Source of the DNA: an uncultured virus (IMG/VR IMGVR_UViG_3300042556_003278)
Lineage: Duplodnaviria; Heunggongvirae; Uroviricota; Caudoviricetes
Length of the DNA: 20,839 nt
Direction: 5' to 3' (one strand)
IMG/VR virus record: IMGVR_UViG_3300042556_003278
Numbering within the stretch: the first letter of the stretch is position 1; the number at the start of each line of letters is the position of its first letter. Position numbers and translations under genes: made by a program. The notes beneath the pieces are model-generated. The model was not told the DNA's origin, searched no databases, and was given only the letters and a program-made list of their open reading frames with translations. Shown one piece after another: positions 16,980 to 20,839 of the stretch.

Positions 16980-17210
16980 TCAGCGGTATCGCGAGGTCTT
17001 GTCGGCGATCTTCGAGGGTTGCTTGACGAATTGTTTTCCGGCGCTGTCGCCCTTGGCCTTGGCCCGGTTGGTCGCGGCTTTTTCGGCCGGGCTCAGGGAC
17101 TTCCAGGCGGCGTCGGGCAGGTAGCGCTTCTTGCCTTCGGAAGGACTGCCGTCGGACGTGCGCCACATTTGGGCGGTCCAGTCTTTGAGGGATTGCTGGG
17201 AAGGTTTCAT
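16980..17210 (-). CDS. DUF5872-like protein, C-terminal half (76 aa)
   Basis: SQQSLKDWT.Q.WRT..G......RYLPDAAWKSLS.AEKAATNRAK....GKQFVKQP. Confidence 0.8.
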   Translation of the reverse strand: MKPSQQSLKDWTAQMWRTSDGSPSEGKKRYLPDAAWKSLSPAEKAATNRAKAKGDSAGKQFVKQPSKIADKTSRYR

Positions 17211-17383
17211 CGGTATCCTCCGCCCGCCTCCTTATAGGCCTTGGCCAATAGCTGTGCTTTGCGGGCGCTCCATTCCCCAGGGTCGCCGCCCTTGCCACCG
17301 GCCTTGATGCGTTCAAACTGGCGTTTGCGCATCTCGGGCTTGGTGTAGTTGCCTGCTTCGTTGACTGTTGATTTTGATTTCAT
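17207..17383 (-). CDS. DUF5872-like protein, N-terminal half (~58 aa)
   Basis: Start re-called at ATG 17383. NYTKPEMRKR....IKAG.KGGDPGEWSARKAQLLA..YK.AGGGY. ATGA overlap with the next gene. Confidence 0.8.
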   Translation of the reverse strand: MKSKSTVNEAGNYTKPEMRKRQFERIKAGGKGGDPGEWSARKAQLLAKAYKEAGGGYR

Positions 17384-17427
17384 GTTGTGGACGCGTGTTT
17401 TGCTTGGACCGGATGCGCGTCCCCCGG

Positions 17428-17523
17428 TCATCTATCGAGAGCTACGAGTGTTGATGAAGTCAGTAGAACCGTCGCCACGTAGTATGTAGCCACTAGTTTT
17501 CTGATTGTCGGAATCGGTAGCAT
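17428..17523 (-). CDS. Unannotated 31-aa hydrophobic peptide MLPIPTIRKLVATYYVATVLLTSSTLVALDR
   Basis: Translated by hand. It is preceded by AGAAAGGAGGTGAT ending 6 nt before the ATG and fills an otherwise empty gap. Confidence 0.55.
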   Translation of the reverse strand: MLPIPTIRKLVATYYVATVLLTSSTLVALDR

Positions 17524-17529
17524 GGAAGC

Positions 17530-17543
17530 ATCACCTCCTTTCT
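17530..17543 (-). promoter_or_regulatory. Extended Shine-Dalgarno sequence
   Basis: AGAAAGGAGGTGAT. The + strand reads ATCACCTCCTTTCT, which matches the canonical 16S rRNA 3' end. Confidence 0.7.
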
Positions 17544-17579
17544 AGGCCTGGTTGGCTTTGGTGTGTGGGAGGTTTGTTT

Positions 17580-18470
17580 CTAGGCAGCCTCCCTCTGCTG
17601 GGTAATTGGTTGGTTGAATCCCATCGCGGCCAGGATGCCCGCCGCCTTGCTCTTGAGGTCCTCGCGGACCGCTTCGTTCTCGCGCACGTCCTCGATGTCA
17701 AAGGGCGTGATGTCGCGCAGGACACGTTGGCGCAGGTTCTCTAGCTCTTGGTCCTTGGTCACGTTGAGTGAGGGGATGAGTTGGCAGAGTTCGGCCAGGT
17801 TGGTGAGGAGCGACGCGTGGATGCGGTTGCCCTCCTTCTTGGCGGAGACTTCGGTCATGCGCTTGACGATGTGATCGAGCCGCTCGGTGAGTCGGCGGTA
17901 CAGATCGTTGCGGGCGTCGTTGACCGCCTCGGCCACGCGCAGGTCGGCTTGAGCCCGGAGTTCGGACATGGCCTCTTCGGGCATGTCATCCAGGCGGAAG
18001 TCGCGGCTGTCAGGCATCGGCATGTAGCTGACGTCGACATAGAACTTGGTGCGAACCTCGGAGGCCGACGGGTAATCAGCGCGGTTGGCCAGGGCCCCGA
18101 GTTGCAGGATCGCGGTGTCGCGGTGCTTCTCGTAGTCGGCCATGAACTGGTCGAAGAGCGACTGCAGGGAGGTGATCCTTGCTCTCAACTCATCGGTGAA
18201 TTTCTCCCACTGGGCCACGGGGAGCAGACGCACAGCGTCGTCGCCCCAAGGCAGGGTTTGCTGGTTGACCCAGGTCCGGAGGGCCGAAGCGGCGCTCTGG
18301 ATGGGTTTGACGGACTCCTCGGGCAGGATGTTCTTGACGAACGCTCCGGCGTTGGAGTTGGCGTTTTTGCTGATTAAGACCTCACGGGTGACGTTGCGGT
18401 CGGTTTTCTTCGGGTTGAATAAGCCGATGTGCAGGCTTACCAACATTGCTTGATTGCGGATGGTGCTCAT
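17580..18470 (-). CDS. DUF3150-like protein (~296 aa)
   Basis: Start re-called at ATG 18470, downstream of a sigma70-like promoter. Motifs AMLVSLHIG....KK.D, TLPW.D...RLLP and DYPS..E.R.KF, with a helical C-terminus ending LNVTKD.ELE. Neighbours a DUF2201/vWA gene. Confidence 0.7.
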   Translation of the reverse strand: MSTIRNQAMLVSLHIGLFNPKKTDRNVTREVLISKNANSNAGAFVKNILPEESVKPIQSAASALRTWVNQQTLPWGDDAVRLLPVAQWEKFTDELRARITSLQSLFDQFMADYEKHRDTAILQLGALANRADYPSASEVRTKFYVDVSYMPMPDSRDFRLDDMPEEAMSELRAQADLRVAEAVNDARNDLYRRLTERLDHIVKRMTEVSAKKEGNRIHASLLTNLAELCQLIPSLNVTKDQELENLRQRVLRDITPFDIEDVRENEAVREDLKSKAAGILAAMGFNQPITQQREAA

Positions 18471-18520
18471 GGTGTGACTTTGTGTTGTTGTATTTGGGTG
18501 GTTGTCACCTGAATACGGGA

Positions 18521-18548
18521 ACAATATGTCCCCAGCTCAGGGTGTCAA
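18521..18548 (-). promoter_or_regulatory. Sigma70-type promoter
   Basis: Minus strand TTGACA (18548-18543), 16-nt spacer, TATTGT (18526-18521), in the intergenic gap upstream of the DUF3150-like gene. Confidence 0.7.
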
Positions 18549-18552
18549 GGGG

Positions 18553-18894
18553 TTATTTTTTGGTGGTTTTGCTACGGCGCTTCTTGCCGTGCTCCTCTTC
18601 CCAGAGGCTCTGGACAACGTCGATGCCCATCTCGACGTCGGTCATATCAGTTCCAGCGTAGGCTTTACGCAGCTTCTGCCGGTCCCGGCGCAACAGGTCG
18701 TTGAGCCCAGGGGCGGGGGTTTCGTAGCCCAGGATCTCGGCCAACTCGTGGGCACTGGCCAGCGTGGCTTCCCGCACCCCGAAGGGTTTTTTGAAAAGCT
18801 CGCGCTGCAGGGATTCGAGGTCGCCGAGGATCTTATCGGCTAGTTTGACTGGTATATTAACGGTCTTCTTTTGCGGTGTGGTTTTCTTTTTCAT
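18553..18894 (-). CDS. Hypothetical protein with basic termini (~113 aa)
   Basis: Start re-called at ATG 18894 (MKKKTTPQKK) after an A/C-rich leader. Codon usage resembles neighbouring genes. Confidence 0.7.
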   Translation of the reverse strand: MKKKTTPQKKTVNIPVKLADKILGDLESLQRELFKKPFGVREATLASAHELAEILGYETPAPGLNDLLRRDRQKLRKAYAGTDMTDVEMGIDVVQSLWEEEHGKKRRSKTTKK

Positions 18895-19013
18895 GTGGAT
18901 AGATTTGTAGTGTGTGAAATGGTTCCCGTCTACCGTGGTTTGCCAGCAACGGACGGGCACGCTGTCGAGAAACAACTGCATGGGCTCGGGGCACTCACGG
19001 CTTGCCCGATTGT

Positions 19014-20288
19014 TCAGTTGGCGGTGTTGACCCGGACGACCTCGCCCCAGGGATACTCGGCCCCGCCATAGTCGACCCAGATAACCGGGCAGTCGGGGGA
19101 CTCCTTGGGGAAGTCGCCGTAGCCGTCGGTGAAATAGACGATGGCCTCGGGCGGCTTGGTCATGTTACGGGCGTGGTCGAAGACCGGCTTGAAGTCGGTG
19201 CCGCCACCACCCTTGGGTCGGAAGGACGTGACGTCGTCGCCGTCGCCATACTCCTCGACCGTGTTGACCTGCGTGTCACAGTCGATGACGGTGATACGCT
19301 CGGGGCGCACGGTGTCCATGCAGTATTGCACCTCGCCAAGGAACTTGGTGAGGAGGCCGTCCTGAATGGAACCGGAGGTGTCGATGGCAACAACGAACTC
19401 GCCGACGCGTTCTGAATACAACGTAGGCAGGTAGATGTCGTCCTCCATGAACCGGCGGTCGGGGCGCTGCTCGTCGTAGTCGTCGGCGGCTGCAGCGGAC
19501 AAGAGATCACGCAGGATGTGACGCCAGTCCTGCTGACCCTTGAGGTGCTTCTCCACGATGCGGGCGATGTTGCCTGCGCCGCGTCCTTGCAGCTTGGCCG
19601 AGTTGTGGCCCTCGACGAGGCGGTTCTGCCACTCGCCCTCGCTGTTGCCGGGCGCGTCGGCGGGCTCCATGAAGTCGCCCATACCGCCGTCGCCGGGGGT
19701 CGGGTCGGGCTTGCCTTTGCCGGGCTGGTCGCCGGGCTCGTTTGTCGGAGTGTTGCCCTCACACGGGCCGTCGCCGTCTTGTGGCTCGCCCTCTTCCTCG
19801 CCGGGCGGCGGAGGAGGCGGGGGAGGTGGAGTGTCCTCGCCGAGCAGGGGATAGATCTCCTCGCCGACCATGTTGTTATACTTGGCGTCGATGAGCGCGC
19901 CCTTGGGCAACTTGAACGGAGCGACGCGACCGGCGGCCGACTCGTCCTCGTTGTATTGCACGAGGTAGTTGTTGATCTCGTAGTCGGTGGCCATGTTCCA
20001 CTTGCGCATCTCACGATCGCCCAAGCGCCAGAGATGTCCGAACGCGGGGTGCAGGACCTCGTGGCCCAGCACAGTGAACAGCTCCTGATCGTCGAGCGTT
20101 GCGGAGAACGCGGGGTTGTAGAACAGGGTCACTCCGTCGGTGCAGAAGGTCGGCACCGCCGTCGACGCTTTGAGGTTCATCTTGAGGATGAGCGTGGCGA
20201 AGAACGGATGGTCGACGACCATCCGCACGATCTGGCGCTCGATGCGGAGCGCCTCGTCGTTGGCGTTGAATGTAGGTTTAGATTTCAC
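19014..20288 (-). CDS. DUF2201-type metallopeptidase plus vWA domain protein (424 aa)
   Basis: HPFFA...CTDG..LFYNP.F, HEVLH...H, WN.ATDYEIN, an acidic/poly-Pro linker, then the MIDAS motif IDTSGS, GGGGTDF.PVF and YFTDGYG. Confidence 0.92.
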   Translation of the reverse strand: MKSKPTFNANDEALRIERQIVRMVVDHPFFATLILKMNLKASTAVPTFCTDGVTLFYNPAFSATLDDQELFTVLGHEVLHPAFGHLWRLGDREMRKWNMATDYEINNYLVQYNEDESAAGRVAPFKLPKGALIDAKYNNMVGEEIYPLLGEDTPPPPPPPPPGEEEGEPQDGDGPCEGNTPTNEPGDQPGKGKPDPTPGDGGMGDFMEPADAPGNSEGEWQNRLVEGHNSAKLQGRGAGNIARIVEKHLKGQQDWRHILRDLLSAAAADDYDEQRPDRRFMEDDIYLPTLYSERVGEFVVAIDTSGSIQDGLLTKFLGEVQYCMDTVRPERITVIDCDTQVNTVEEYGDGDDVTSFRPKGGGGTDFKPVFDHARNMTKPPEAIVYFTDGYGDFPKESPDCPVIWVDYGGAEYPWGEVVRVNTAN

Positions 20289-20290
20289 AG

Positions 20291-20503
20291 TTAGTATTTG
20301 GCTACTCGCAAGTTGTCGGCTCCGGACCAGTCACTGCTCCACTCATCGACTTCCGTATAAAACGGAGAGTCAAAGTTATCGTCGATGAACGAGTCAGAAA
20401 CGATGCGGTTAGCTTCTTTTTGCGACGTTGCTTCGACTTCAACTTCCGTGTAGTGCGGAACGTCGATGACAACAGTTACGCTGTATTTGGATTTTTTCTT
20501 CAC
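20291..20503 (-). CDS. Small acidic protein (70 aa)
   Basis: KY.VTV......EVEVEATSQKEA beta-beta-alpha pattern common in phage early proteins, with a D/E-rich C-terminus. GTG start overlaps the upstream stop. Confidence 0.7.
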   Translation of the reverse strand: MKKKSKYSVTVVIDVPHYTEVEVEATSQKEANRIVSDSFIDDNFDSPFYTEVDEWSSDWSGADNLRVAKY

Positions 20504-20697
20504 AGGGTTTTTCCTTTCGATGGTGCGCTGTGGAATATGCTTCGGCAGGCGGCGCGAGCTGCTGCTTCGACGCGGTCGACCGAAGACTGCCTAATGCGTG
20601 TGATGTGATACGCAGGGGGAAGGTGCTTTTGGTTTTCCTTCGCGTAATCGAGGATGAAACGTTTTACTTTGGATGGACTGACGATGTAGTTACTCAT
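20500..20697 (-). CDS. Candidate histone-fold protein (65 aa)
   Basis: Start re-called at ATG 20697, 2 nt after the upstream stop. IVSPSKVKRFI...TRIRQSSVDRVEAAARAACRSI.....KGKTL resembles short prokaryotic histones. Confidence 0.55.
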   Translation of the reverse strand: MSNYIVSPSKVKRFILDYAKENQKHLPPAYHITRIRQSSVDRVEAAARAACRSIFHSAPSKGKTL

Positions 20698-20699
20698 AG

Positions 20700-20839
20700 T
20701 TATTTGATGCCGAGGATGATGTTGCCGTTCTTGTTGGCCCACTGGGCGAAGGCCGGGGACTTGACCGGGGAGTCTGCGCCGGTCATGCGGCCACGGATGG
20801 CCAGCTTGACCGTGAGCACGTCGATCGGCTTGGGGAGCC
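20700..20839 (-). CDS. C-terminal 45 codons of a truncated gene, probably a MoxR-like AAA ATPase
   Basis: Hand translation gives LPKPIDVLTVKLAIRGRMTGADSPVKSPAFAQWANKNGNIILGIK*. The LP....L...AF..W...N..I ending and the proximity to DUF2201/vWA suggest the partner ATPase. No Walker motifs are visible in the window. Confidence 0.5.
   Translation of the reverse strand, partial: LPKPIDVLTVKLAIRGRMTGADSPVKSPAFAQWANKNGNIILGIK

Noticed and set aside
17389..17422. + strand hairpin ggacgcgtgtt...gatgcgcgtcc as an antitoxin RNA element
   Set aside because: It relies on several G-U pairs in a G/T-rich strand and has no U-tract or evident promoter. It is insufficient on its own.
17432..17530. Alternative open frame CFHATDSDNQKTSGYILRGDGSTDFINTRSSR overlapping the 31-aa ORF
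   Set aside because: It has no start codon after the in-frame TGA, although it looks protein-like. It would require a frameshift for which I see no signal.
17529..17547. ATCACCTCCTTTCTAGG as a 16S rRNA 3'-end fragment
   Set aside because: No other rRNA sequence lies upstream. It is better explained as the complement of an SD on the - strand.
19801..19835. G-rich run (possible G-quadruplex or simple repeat)
   Set aside because: It simply encodes the poly-Pro linker of the vWA protein.
13214..20294. + strand ORFs such as 13214..13993, 15818..16423, 17781..18377 and 19518..20294
   Set aside because: They are antisense to genes with clear family motifs.

Overview
Fragment of a tailed dsDNA bacteriophage genome (podovirus-like layout) spanning two convergent transcription units. 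On the + strand (1-12680) are two charged helical ORFs and a 3230-aa giant protein, interpreted as an internal-virion/DNA-ejection gene set. The giant protein is polyvalent, with a HExxH zincin motif, an H-Y-E ADP-ribosyltransferase-like domain and Pro/Ala linkers. A Cys-rich ORF follows. A GC-rich hairpin at ~12680-12706 sits where the two units meet. On the - strand (12705-20839) is a tightly packed, often ATGA-coupled run of accessory/early genes: lipoprotein, GT-A-like protein, FkbM methyltransferase, small membrane proteins, HExxH protein, Zn-finger, PD-(D/E)XK and HNH-like nucleases, split DUF5872-like pair, DUF3150-like protein, DUF2201/vWA protein, a candidate phage histone-fold protein, and the probable tail of an AAA ATPase. 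An unannotated 31-aa hydrophobic ORF carries the only very strong Shine-Dalgarno site I saw, plus a possible anti-SD switch. No tRNA, rRNA, CRISPR array, integrase or IS was recognised. All family assignments are by-eye motif recognition, not database searches.
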